Virus record (IMG/VR): IMGVR_UViG_3300043411_001639 | Location: 64,001 to 128,000 of that record | Strand: one strand, 5' to 3' | From: a virus | Length of the DNA stretch: 64,000 bases | Shown here: positions 28,263 through 37,868 of the stretch, piece after piece | Layout: every line of letters starts with the position of its first letter | How positions within the stretch are numbered: the first letter of the stretch is position 1 | Position numbers and translations under genes: made by a program | The notes under the pieces: model-generated | What the model was told of the DNA's origin: nothing | What the model saw: only the letters and a program-made list of their open reading frames with translations | The model's database searches: none

Positions 28263-28508
28263 ATGCTAGAAGAACAACTTAAAAGAAACATAGAGAGTGC
28301 GTTAGAACTTCAAGGAGCTACAACAGCGGAAGGTGGTCAAACAGCTAAACAACAAATTGTAAATAACCTAGCTAGGGCTATTGAAGTTTATACAAAAGCA
28401 AAACTACAAGAAATGAAAGTTGCTCTTGTAACTCCTGGTGCTTTTCAAGGAGTTGGTACTGGAACTGTTATTATTACAGCAGTTAGTTTGAATACTTATA
28501 ACCCATGA
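28263..28508 (+). CDS. Small baseplate-associated protein (possible spike tip)
   Basis: LARAIEVY...GVGTGTV; lies between spike-like and gp25-like genes. Confidence 0.4.
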   Translation: MLEEQLKRNIESALELQGATTAEGGQTAKQQIVNNLARAIEVYTKAKLQEMKVALVTPGAFQGVGTGTVIITAVSLNTYNP

Positions 28509-28987
28509 CCACAGAGAGTTTTATATCATTTAAAAACGTAGGATTTCGTCAGTTTGAACAACGTTACCTCTCTCCAGTTTCTCAGAGTGTTACTCCAATA
28601 GGAATTAAAACTCCTGTTTCTTTTGGAAACAGTTCAGAGGGTTTATTTTCTATGAACTATACTCTTGAAGATCAGATAAATGATAACCTAAAATCTCTGA
28701 TTAAAACAAATCATGGTGAACGAGTTGTGTTATACGACTACGGTGCTAACTTACAACCTTTAGCAACTGAATATTCAAACAAAGAAAACTACACAACAGA
28801 TGCTATGGAAAGAATTAATACTTGTGTTACCAAATATATGCCTTTTGTTCAACTTGAAGGATTTAGAGCAGAACCAAGATATAATGACAATCAATATGTT
28901 GGAGTAATTGACAACTACTTAGTTTATTCTGTTTCCAGAGTGAATATTAACTCAAAAACTCTAGTTGTTAGAATTTTTGCTATTTAA
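28505..28987 (+). CDS. Baseplate wedge/sheath initiator, gp25/GpW-like
   Basis: IGIKTP, QINDNLKSLIKTNHGER..YDYGANL, KYMPFV. Confidence 0.85.
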   Translation: MTTESFISFKNVGFRQFEQRYLSPVSQSVTPIGIKTPVSFGNSSEGLFSMNYTLEDQINDNLKSLIKTNHGERVVLYDYGANLQPLATEYSNKENYTTDAMERINTCVTKYMPFVQLEGFRAEPRYNDNQYVGVIDNYLVYSVSRVNINSKTLVVRIFAI

Positions 28988-29004
28988 AGTTTATACTCAA
29001 AGAT

Positions 29005-29103
29005 ATGGCTAGAAGAAAAAAAAGAAGTCACTACAAAACAGGTGTTCATATCAGTAGCAAGTGTACTTCTGGTAAGATAAAATATAGAAGCGGGTGGGAA
29101 TAA
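29005..29103 (+). pseudogene. Truncated 5' copy of gp4/TnsA-like nuclease (32 aa)
   Basis: MARRKKRSHYKTGVHISSKCTSGKIKYRSGWE*; duplicates the N-terminus of the gene at 29249. Confidence 0.7.
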
Positions 29104-29276
29104 CGGATCTGGTTGGGAAAATTTTTATAGATCATAATCATTTCAATAATCAACGAAGAGGTTTGTTGTGCAGGCAGTGTAATACTGCACTTGGAATGCT
29201 AAAAGAAAATGTTAACACAATAGAAAAAATGAAAGAATATATTTTAAAATGGCAAAAAGAAGAAAACATTACATAA
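29094..29276 (+). pseudogene. Endonuclease VII-type (His-Me) homing endonuclease remnant, C-terminal part only
   Basis: IDHNH..NQRRGLLCRQCNTALG matches DHDH...RGLLCxxCNxxLG; the N-terminal CxxC is missing. Confidence 0.75.
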
Positions 29277-29657
29277 CTGGTACTCATGTTTCTAGCAAAT
29301 GTACCTCTGGTAAGATAAAATACCGTAGCGGTTGGGAGAGACAGGTAATTTTTTTTTTTAGATAATAATCCCCTAGTAGCTTCATATGGTTATGAATGTT
29401 TAAAAATTCCTTATGTAGCAAACTATAAAACAGGCAAAATTAGAATCTATTTTCCTGATTTTTTAATCACTTATACTAATGGAGAAAGAAAACTTGTTGA
29501 AGTTAAAAGAATGGACAAGATAGGAACAGCTTCTGTTATCAAGAAAAGTGCTGCCGCTAGAACTTGGTGTGATGGAAATAACGTTGTGTTTGAAATATGG
29601 TCAAATACAATTATAGAAGGAATCAGAAAGATTAATGAATCAAAGGGATTGAAATGA
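29249..29657 (+). pseudogene. T4 gp4 head-completion/TnsA-like PD-(D/E)xK endonuclease, frameshifted at T11
   Basis: Removing one T from 29349-29359 gives a 135-aa ORF with YRSGWE, YE..KIPY, YFPDF, VEVK, WC..N...FEIW, ending in an ATGA overlap with RuvC. Confidence 0.75.
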
Positions 29658-30298
29658 CAACAAGTAAACACCAATGTTTAGGATTAGACATCTCAACTAG
29701 TGTAGTAGGTTTTTGTACTCTTGCAGGAGAAGACATTTGGGAGATAGAAGAAGATGGTGAGTTGATAGTTGAACAAGGAAGATTAGAAACTCTTGACGCT
29801 ATCAAACTTACTGGTACTAAACTAGAAAATCTCTGGCAAAAAGCTGATTATGTTAGTGACTGGTTTTTCAACTGGAGATCAAAAAATCCAGATATAGTCA
29901 TAACGAAGATATTTGTTGAAGAGAACGCTAAGAGATTTGCAGAGGGTTTTACAAGTGCTGATGTTATTTTAACTTTAGCTAAATTTAATGGTATCGTTAG
30001 TTACCTGGCACATAAAACCTTTGATGCAGAAGTTTTTAATATCAACGTAACCAAGGCAAGATCTGCTATTGGTTTTAAAAATAAACTTGATGGTGCAATA
30101 GATCCTTTAACAAAGAAAAAAATGACTGTTAAAGAAAAAGTATTTAATCATGTTATAGCACTTCATCCTGAGTTTCCTTGGAAAAAACATATAGCAAAAT
30201 CAGGTAGTCATAAAGGAAATGAAGTTTTTGATGACTGTTCAAGGGATATGTGTGATGCCTATGTTGTTTGTAAAGGTGGAATGTCTATAATTACATAA
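29654..30298 (+). CDS. RuvC-like Holliday junction resolvase
   Basis: LGLDISTSVVG, IFVEE, LAKFNG, DMCDA: RNase H-fold acidic residues. Confidence 0.8.
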   Translation: MTTSKHQCLGLDISTSVVGFCTLAGEDIWEIEEDGELIVEQGRLETLDAIKLTGTKLENLWQKADYVSDWFFNWRSKNPDIVITKIFVEENAKRFAEGFTSADVILTLAKFNGIVSYLAHKTFDAEVFNINVTKARSAIGFKNKLDGAIDPLTKKKMTVKEKVFNHVIALHPEFPWKKHIAKSGSHKGNEVFDDCSRDMCDAYVVCKGGMSIIT

Positions 30299-30299
30299 C

Positions 30300-32150
30300 A
30301 TGCCTATCAATGATTCTAGAAGACAGCAAATCAGAGAAAGAAAATATCTAAACAAAGATTTTGAAGGATTCTACAACGATCTTCAAGAATATTCAAGAAC
30401 TTATTTTAATCAAGTAAATAAAGATTTGAGTGAAAACAGTGTAGGTGGAATGATGGTAGAGCTAGGAGCTTTCATAGGAGATAACCTTTCTTATTACCTT
30501 GATCATCAGTTTCAGGAACTTGACTATGAGACCATGGTTGAACCAAAGAACATTGAGAGAGAACTAAAAAACTCAGGTGTTAAAATAGTAGGTTCAAGTC
30601 CTTCTGTACTTGACATAACTTTTTATTTTAAAATTCCAAGCCTATCTGGAACAACTCCAACAACTTATGATCCAGCAGGTTTGCCTTGTGTACACATGGG
30701 AACTAAGTTTATTTCAGAATCAGGGGTTAGTTTTGAACTGATAGAAGATTTAGATTTTACAGAACTAGATTTTGCTGGAAACTATAAGTTTGATATTCTG
30801 ATAGGAGAACAAGATCCTTCAACAAACAGACCTCTAAATTGGTTGATTTCAAGAACAGGAATAGCGGTATCAGGCCAGAGAGAAACAGAAAGTTTCTCTC
30901 TTGGTAGTTTTGAAGCTTTTAAACGAATAACTCTTTCTAAAGAAAATATAACAGAGGTTGTTTCGGTGTTTGATTCTGAAGGAAATGAATATTATCAGGT
31001 AGAAAACCTGACACATGCAAGTGTCTTTAAAAAGATAAGAAATATTAAACAAGACCAAGATGTGGTACCACACCATCTTGAAATAATTCCAGCACCTTAT
31101 AGATTCACAGAAGAAACAAGTCTTAATACAAGACTTACAACTTTGGTTTTTGGAGGAGGGAGTGCGGATAGGTATGAAACAGAAGATGATGATATCATTC
31201 CAGATCCAAGTGAATATGCTCTTCCACTTTATGGTAAAAATACTGTTTCAAGATTTAGTATTAATCCTTCAAATCTATTAACAACTACAACTTTAGGGAT
31301 ATTAACTCCTAACACCACATTAACCATTGATTATAGATATGGTGGTGGTTTATCTCATAATATTGAGAAAGAAACTATAAAATCAATTACTGATCTAAGA
31401 ATAACATTTCCAAACAACCCTAGTCCTACTATTTCAGCTCTGGTAGTGCAATCAGCAGATGCTAACAACCTAAAAAGAGCTTCAGGCGGAGAAGATCCTT
31501 TAACTTTAGAAGAACTGAAACAGAAGATTCCTTCTGAAAGAGCAGCACAATCTAGAATAGTAGAACAAAGAGATCTTCTAGCAAGGATCTATAAAATGCC
31601 CACTACTTTTGGGCGTGTATTTTCAGCTAGTGCTTGGCCCAACTTAAATAATCCTCTTGCTACAAGTTTGTTTGTAATTTGTAGAGATAGTAATAAAAAC
31701 TATATTCAAGCGCCAGATACTCTGAAGAAAAATCTTGCTTTATATCTTAATGAATATAGATTAACAAATGATTCAATTGATATTTTAGATGCTCAGGTAA
31801 TAAACTTACAACTAAGATTTATAGTTAATTTAAGTCAAGGGTCAAACAAACAGTTAGTTTTGCAAACTATCATTCAAAAACTAAAGAAATATTTCTCTTC
31901 TGGAAACTTCAAGATTGATTATCCAATCTCTATGGATGATGTAAGAAACCTTATTTATAACACTCAACATGTTGAATCAGTTGAGCAAATCATGTTTACT
32001 AACATAACAGGAATTAATGGAGAACTAGAATATAGTTCAAATTATTTTGATCCTTCTGCCAATACCAAAAGAGGTTTGTTATATCCCCCTCAAGGTGGAG
32101 TGTTTGAAATAAAATATAAAGATATAGATATCATAGGAACACCTGTATGA
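30300..32150 (+). CDS. Baseplate wedge subunit, T4 gp6/baseplate J-like
   Basis: YLNKDF, MMVELGAFIGDNLSYYLD, LVFGGG, IDYRYGGG, ASGGED, RIV...D. Confidence 0.85.
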   Translation: MPINDSRRQQIRERKYLNKDFEGFYNDLQEYSRTYFNQVNKDLSENSVGGMMVELGAFIGDNLSYYLDHQFQELDYETMVEPKNIERELKNSGVKIVGSSPSVLDITFYFKIPSLSGTTPTTYDPAGLPCVHMGTKFISESGVSFELIEDLDFTELDFAGNYKFDILIGEQDPSTNRPLNWLISRTGIAVSGQRETESFSLGSFEAFKRITLSKENITEVVSVFDSEGNEYYQVENLTHASVFKKIRNIKQDQDVVPHHLEIIPAPYRFTEETSLNTRLTTLVFGGGSADRYETEDDDIIPDPSEYALPLYGKNTVSRFSINPSNLLTTTTLGILTPNTTLTIDYRYGGGLSHNIEKETIKSITDLRITFPNNPSPTISALVVQSADANNLKRASGGEDPLTLEELKQKIPSERAAQSRIVEQRDLLARIYKMPTTFGRVFSASAWPNLNNPLATSLFVICRDSNKNYIQAPDTLKKNLALYLNEYRLTNDSIDILDAQVINLQLRFIVNLSQGSNKQLVLQTIIQKLKKYFSSGNFKIDYPISMDDVRNLIYNTQHVESVEQIMFTNITGINGELEYSSNYFDPSANTKRGLLYPPQGGVFEIKYKDIDIIGTPV

Positions 32151-33697
32151 CTGTTAGAATATTTGACTGTATAGCTGACACGTATATTACAAACAAATAT
32201 ATTAACAACACTATGGTATCTCAGTCAAACACAGGAATGGCTGGAACAATAGACTTATTTAAACTTTATGACGAGACTTCAGTTCCTGGTTTGACAGGTT
32301 CGGTTATAGTGGAACAATCAAGAGCATTGTTAAAGTTTGATCTTACGAGTTTAATATCTAGTTCTTTTGTTCCAACAAACGGTTTTAGATGTTTTTTAAA
32401 ACTATCTGACATATATTCTGGTCAACCTGTACCTTCTAATTTTAGTTTACAGTTGTTTCCTCTAGCAAAAGAGTTTGTTGAAGGGAGAGGAATGGATGTT
32501 GTTAGTTTTAGAGATAAAGATTTTACTAACTGGACAACTGCTTCTTCGGGAATAATCTGGACTGTTTCTGGTGCTGGTAGTTCAGGAAGTTTAACAAGTT
32601 CAAATATTGATTATTTTTACACTCCTAGTGCCACTCAGTATTTTTCAAGAGGTGATGAACAACTTTTGATGGATGTTACCAGTTTAGTATCTGGAGTTGT
32701 TGACGGAACTATTCCAAACTATGGTTTTAGACTAGGTTTCACCCAGGCCAATGAACAAGATGCTTACACTTATTTTGTTAAACGTTTTTATTCTAGACAT
32801 GCACTGGACAAATCAAAAAAACCAAAGATTTTGTTTTATGATGATAATTCAAAACAAGACGGGTTTTTATCTACTTGGTTTGGTGTGTCTAGCTCTGTTT
32901 ATCTTTATAACAATAAGATTGATAATACATACAGAAATTTTAAATCAGGAGCCCTTGATTTAACTGGTAGCAACTGTATGAAATTGTTGTTGCTAAGTTC
33001 TAAAAGCATTAATATAACTACAAGTAGTTGGAGTGATAGTTTCAGTTCTAGTATTACTTACGTGACTAGTTCTGTTAGTTACTTTTCCAGTTCTTTCAAT
33101 GTTTCTCAAGTATCAACAGGAATATATTCCAGTTCTCTAATTCTTGATCCACAGGCCGATAGTTCCCTTCAAATATTTATTACTGGTTTGGGGTCACAGA
33201 TATTTTTCAAGCCTATCTGGACCTCTTCTGATGAGACTGTTGTGTATAGAACGGGTAGTTATTATCTTCCAGTATTAAAAAATGAAGGTAGTTCTACTGA
33301 AGCAGAAACAGATGAGGGTTATATAGTTTCTTTGCCTAATCTTAAAGAGACATATACTTCAAGAACAGAAACCCGTGTCCGAGTGTTGTTAAATAAATTT
33401 GGTGGGTTGCCTATATCAAACTATTTCAAAGTACAAAACATTAATCAACCAAAATCAATAGTTGTTTCTTCAATGCATTGGAGACTTAAAAAGGCTTTTA
33501 CAAACGAAGTTTTGTTTGATTTTGATACAACCCACAATGGAACAAAGCTATCCTCTGATAATGAAGGAATGTGGTTTGTTTTATATTGCCAAGACTTGTT
33601 GGTAGGTCAAGTATACGAGATAGAGTTCCTAATAGATCAACCTATTAACAAAACATTTATACTCAACCAAGGTTTTAGATTCAAAATAATTGAATAG
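32147..33697 (+). CDS. Virion protein with DNRLRE-like N-terminal domain
   Basis: ADTYI, SRALLKFDL, MDVTSLV, NYGF, FYSR...PKI. Confidence 0.5.
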   Translation: MTVRIFDCIADTYITNKYINNTMVSQSNTGMAGTIDLFKLYDETSVPGLTGSVIVEQSRALLKFDLTSLISSSFVPTNGFRCFLKLSDIYSGQPVPSNFSLQLFPLAKEFVEGRGMDVVSFRDKDFTNWTTASSGIIWTVSGAGSSGSLTSSNIDYFYTPSATQYFSRGDEQLLMDVTSLVSGVVDGTIPNYGFRLGFTQANEQDAYTYFVKRFYSRHALDKSKKPKILFYDDNSKQDGFLSTWFGVSSSVYLYNNKIDNTYRNFKSGALDLTGSNCMKLLLLSSKSINITTSSWSDSFSSSITYVTSSVSYFSSSFNVSQVSTGIYSSSLILDPQADSSLQIFITGLGSQIFFKPIWTSSDETVVYRTGSYYLPVLKNEGSSTEAETDEGYIVSLPNLKETYTSRTETRVRVLLNKFGGLPISNYFKVQNINQPKSIVVSSMHWRLKKAFTNEVLFDFDTTHNGTKLSSDNEGMWFVLYCQDLLVGQVYEIEFLIDQPINKTFILNQGFRFKIIE

Positions 33698-33721
33698 TGT
33701 ATTTAACAATACATAAATTCT

Positions 33722-36700
33722 ATGCCTGAACTAAACAGATCATTTTCAACCCCTGTTGTAACCAGGAGACAAAACAATATTAATAATAGAACAGGTATTT
33801 TAGAGAATGTTAGTTATTCTCAGATATCAGGTTCAAGTTTTGGTAGTTCGGGTAGTTTTAGATATGATATTCCCGGTTCTGGTTTGAAATCAACTCAAGA
33901 GCTCAATGTTAATTGGTCTGAATTTAAAAACCATGTTTTTTTTAACTCTGCACAAATAAAAACAAATGCTGCTATTCAAAAAATATTTGATGGATTTCCT
34001 TTTGATGGTTCAAAACAAGAATATGAACTGTTTTTTGATGGGATGACAGGATATGAAAAATGGATCTACGATCAGTTTCCAAAGAATGTTGGTTATATGT
34101 TTTTCTCAGGTACTAACGGTACGGAGCTAACAGAAGGAACTTACATAACAGTTAAAGATCAGGCGGGGTTACTGAACTCTGGAAGCTCAACAAATATATC
34201 AGGCAGACAGTTTTTAAATCCTGGTATAAGTTCAGATCTAATGATTGAATTCCAGTTGTTTATACCGCCAGTATCAAACTCAAATCAAATCATTTTACAA
34301 AAACTAAACAACATACAAAATTGTGGTTATCAAATTTGTCTACATGAAACAGGTTCTATAAATGAAACTTCAATAAGTTTTACTGTTGTTTCAAGTTCAC
34401 AAACCTTAACCACTGAATCAAATAAATTAATAGTAAACAAGAACCAGTTCAATCATCTTTGTTTCTTTTGGCAAAGAGCCTCAAATAGTTTGTTTTGTTA
34501 TAACAACCATCAGCTTTTGTCAACAAGTTCAATGCCTGTTCTGATATCCAGTCTTGATTTTAACAGTTATGATTTATTGATTGGATCAGGAACAACAAAC
34601 AGAAACACGGGATTTACTCCAAAAAATACTTTGTCCGGTGCTATGGATGAATTAAGAATTTGGCACAAATTTGTTTCTTCTGATCTTAGACAGAAGAATG
34701 AAAAAAGAAATGTTTATGCTCAACCCAATTTAAATCTTTATTTTAAATTTAATGAACCTTCTGGCAGTAATTCCAAACTAATTCTTGACTATTCGGGCAA
34801 CAGTCTTCATGGAGAGTTATCACAACATGGATTTGGTTTAGGGGTAGGAAACGTTGCAACAGGAAGCATAGCAGGAAGTTCACCTTTAGTAGCTGAAAAA
34901 CCAGAACTAAACCCCAACTTGTTTTCCGTAACAACAGAGTTTGCAACACTAACTTCTAGTTTATTAACTACTGCCAAAACCTACGATAATAACAATCCTA
35001 GCTGGATCTTAAATCTTGTTCCTTCACATTTTTTTCTTGATGGAGATTACGAAGAAGCATTAGCTACGACAGATGGTGAACTCCTAGAAGGAATAAACTT
35101 CTTTGGTTTCAATAAAGCAACCATGAAACAAAGCCAAGTGTTATTATTAGTGTTGTATCTTTGGGCTAAATTCTTTGATGAACTAAAGTTAATGATTGAT
35201 AGTTTTGCTTATCTCAACTATGTTGATTTTATAGAAGAAGACACAATTCCAGATAAATTTCTTCAGTTTTTTGCTAAGAGACAGGGATTTGACCTTCCAA
35301 CTTTGTTTAATAACAGTTCTCTTACGCAGTTCATAGATGGAGAAGACCTTTTGAACAGCGATTTTGGGTTTGGCACCTCTCTTAAAACTATCCAGTATAA
35401 AATCTGGAGAAGAATACTATCCAATATTCAAGACATTAAAAAATCAAAAGGAACTATTCATTCAATCAAATCTTTTATCAGATCAGTTGGAATTGAACCT
35501 GACAATAACTTTAGGATTAGAGAACGTGGTGGTCCTTTAAAAACAAATCTTTCATTCTCAAAACAAAACAAGAGTGAAGTCATGAAACAGATAAATTTTA
35601 TATCAGGAGGTTTATTGACCTCTCCTTATCTGTCAAGCTCAAGAACTTCTACAGAACTAGGATTTCCTGGTATTGCTAACATTCCAAGTGATGGATTGTT
35701 AACTTCTGGTAGTTGGTCTTTTGAACTAATGTTTCAAGTGCCACGAAATGGTGCAAACACATATTCAAGTCAATCATTAGCAAGGTGGTTTACAACAGGA
35801 AGTTTGGGTAAATGTTTAATAGCAGATATTCAAATAGTATCAAGCTCAGGTCTTACAGTTTTCTTTAATCCTTTGGTTGATACAACCCCTGTTTCAATGT
35901 CAGTCAGTTTTGATCCTATGGATAATAATATTTGGAATCTTTGTTTTTCAAAACAAAGAGCTGACCAGTTAGGATTTAACAGTTCCAGCTATCAACTAAG
36001 AGTTGCAAGAAATTCATTTGGAAAAATTGAAACTTGTTATTCTTCTAGTTTGTTTATCAATGATTCCAATAATAATGTCTTTAGTTTTTTATCTAGTTCA
36101 ACAAATGCTTCTGGCAGTTGGTTTGAAATTGGAAGTTCTTCTATAACAAACATTAATACCGGAAGTTTTATGTCAAGTCTCAGTTTTACCGATAGAGTTT
36201 TCAATGGAAAACTATCGCAGATAAGATTTTGGTCTAAGTATCTAACAGATGTTGAGTGGTTTGAACATGTTACTAATCCTAAATCTATTGGAACTTTAAA
36301 CCCAATAGTAAACTATGGGTTTAACACAAAAATAACAGGCAGTTTTGAACGTTTAAGAATTCATGCTCATGTAGATCAACCTGTTACTTCTTCAAATACT
36401 TCTGGTGAGATATTATTAACTGATTTCTCACAAAACAATCTGACTCTTTCTGGTACTAGTTTTCCTATAAATTCCGTTGTAGTACAGCCAAAATTATTTT
36501 ATTACTCATATGTTAACCCTTACTATGATGATCTTTCAACAACAAACAAGGTAAGAATCAGAAGTTTTATCAGTGGTTCCTCTTTTGAAAACAATCAAGA
36601 ACAACACTATGCTCAACAAGGAAAAGTTTATGAACTAAATCCTAATGAGTTAGTACAAGACAACGCAGTGCTATCAATTGACTACTCCGCAGTTGATGCT

Positions 36701-37084
36701 CTAAATCAGGACATAGCAAATATGTTTGGAACACTAGAACTCATTAATAATTCAATTGGAGCCCCTGAATTGATGTTTTCCCCTGATTATCCAGATCTTG
36801 AGTTTTTACAAAAGATTTATTTTAACAACCTAGTTGATCCAATAAATCTTAAAAACTGTTTTGATTTTTATAAATGGTTTGATATTAGTTTTGGTGATTT
36901 TATTAAACAACTGATACCAAGAAAAACAAAGTATTTTGGAATCAACTTTGTCTTAGAATCTCATATGTTAGAACGTCCAAAATTTGAATATAGTTTTGGT
37001 GATAGCTATGTTGGTGAATCAAACAGAGATCCAAGTTCAACTCTTACACTACAGTTCTTTAGAGGAAAAATAAATAGATCATGA
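33722..37084 (+). CDS. Baseplate wedge protein (gp7/P2 gpI-like) with LamG/ConA-like domains
   Basis: LamG motifs FNHLCF, GAMDELRIW, GKLSQIRFW; wedge motif IWRRILSNI..IKKSKGT..SIKSFIRSVG. Confidence 0.65.
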   Translation: MPELNRSFSTPVVTRRQNNINNRTGILENVSYSQISGSSFGSSGSFRYDIPGSGLKSTQELNVNWSEFKNHVFFNSAQIKTNAAIQKIFDGFPFDGSKQEYELFFDGMTGYEKWIYDQFPKNVGYMFFSGTNGTELTEGTYITVKDQAGLLNSGSSTNISGRQFLNPGISSDLMIEFQLFIPPVSNSNQIILQKLNNIQNCGYQICLHETGSINETSISFTVVSSSQTLTTESNKLIVNKNQFNHLCFFWQRASNSLFCYNNHQLLSTSSMPVLISSLDFNSYDLLIGSGTTNRNTGFTPKNTLSGAMDELRIWHKFVSSDLRQKNEKRNVYAQPNLNLYFKFNEPSGSNSKLILDYSGNSLHGELSQHGFGLGVGNVATGSIAGSSPLVAEKPELNPNLFSVTTEFATLTSSLLTTAKTYDNNNPSWILNLVPSHFFLDGDYEEALATTDGELLEGINFFGFNKATMKQSQVLLLVLYLWAKFFDELKLMIDSFAYLNYVDFIEEDTIPDKFLQFFAKRQGFDLPTLFNNSSLTQFIDGEDLLNSDFGFGTSLKTIQYKIWRRILSNIQDIKKSKGTIHSIKSFIRSVGIEPDNNFRIRERGGPLKTNLSFSKQNKSEVMKQINFISGGLLTSPYLSSSRTSTELGFPGIANIPSDGLLTSGSWSFELMFQVPRNGANTYSSQSLARWFTTGSLGKCLIADIQIVSSSGLTVFFNPLVDTTPVSMSVSFDPMDNNIWNLCFSKQRADQLGFNSSSYQLRVARNSFGKIETCYSSSLFINDSNNNVFSFLSSSTNASGSWFEIGSSSITNINTGSFMSSLSFTDRVFNGKLSQIRFWSKYLTDVEWFEHVTNPKSIGTLNPIVNYGFNTKITGSFERLRIHAHVDQPVTSSNTSGEILLTDFSQNNLTLSGTSFPINSVVVQPKLFYYSYVNPYYDDLSTTNKVRIRSFISGSSFENNQEQHYAQQGKVYELNPNELVQDNAVLSIDYSAVDALNQDIANMFGTLELINNSIGAPELMFSPDYPDLEFLQKIYFNNLVDPINLKNCFDFYKWFDISFGDFIKQLIPRKTKYFGINFVLESHMLERPKFEYSFGDSYVGESNRDPSSTLTLQFFRGKINRS

Positions 37085-37863
37085 GTGTTTTCTTAAGTCA
37101 CCATACATCCTATTCAATTAAACCATTTGATGATCTTGAATCAAGTCAGTTAAATAGAAAAAACGGAACTGTTACTAATAACTTTAATGGAGTTTACGAT
37201 AGATCAAGACAAGGAACTGAAATAAGAACTGTTGAAGATATATTAAAAACCAACCAACCAAAACTAAGATCAAGGGGTTTATTTAACACAATTGATAGTT
37301 TTGGCAAAGTAACTCATGAACAAAAACTAAACAACATAGGATCAGTACAAAGTTTTGTTGAATATACAAATCAAAAGTTTTATAATGATCTCCAAGAAGA
37401 ACTTCTTCCTGAAAAGTTTATTGAAAACAATCAGAATGTCTATTACCCATTCTATATGAACTCTGGATTGTATAAAATTGAAAGATGCACAGTAGAAATA
37501 CTACAATCTTATCCTAGTAGATTCCCAGAGTCATCTATAGGGTTTGGAACAACCAGAGGAAAAAATTATGAGCAATTTTCCATTAACACAACCTGTTTTC
37601 TTGATGAGGGAGAAGAGTTTTTAGGGGATACATTGTCTGGATCTATTGTGTTTGAAGGTTGGTTAGCTCCTGTTAGCAACAGTATACAATGTTATTTTGA
37701 ACAAGATCCTACTACAACTTGGGTAGAAAACTTGACTATTACTGACCAACAAATGAAGAATAGTTTAAACTCATTAACAGCTTCATGTCTTGAAACAAAT
37801 TTAGTAATAAACCTTAACAAGAGAACAAGTGTTGTTTTTGATGGCTGGAGGAAAGGAAGTTAA
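37081..37863 (+). CDS. Hypothetical tail-module protein
   Basis: ATGA-coupled within the structural operon. Confidence 0.5.
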   Translation: MSVFLSHHTSYSIKPFDDLESSQLNRKNGTVTNNFNGVYDRSRQGTEIRTVEDILKTNQPKLRSRGLFNTIDSFGKVTHEQKLNNIGSVQSFVEYTNQKFYNDLQEELLPEKFIENNQNVYYPFYMNSGLYKIERCTVEILQSYPSRFPESSIGFGTTRGKNYEQFSINTTCFLDEGEEFLGDTLSGSIVFEGWLAPVSNSIQCYFEQDPTTTWVENLTITDQQMKNSLNSLTASCLETNLVINLNKRTSVVFDGWRKGS

Positions 37864-37868
37864 AATTA

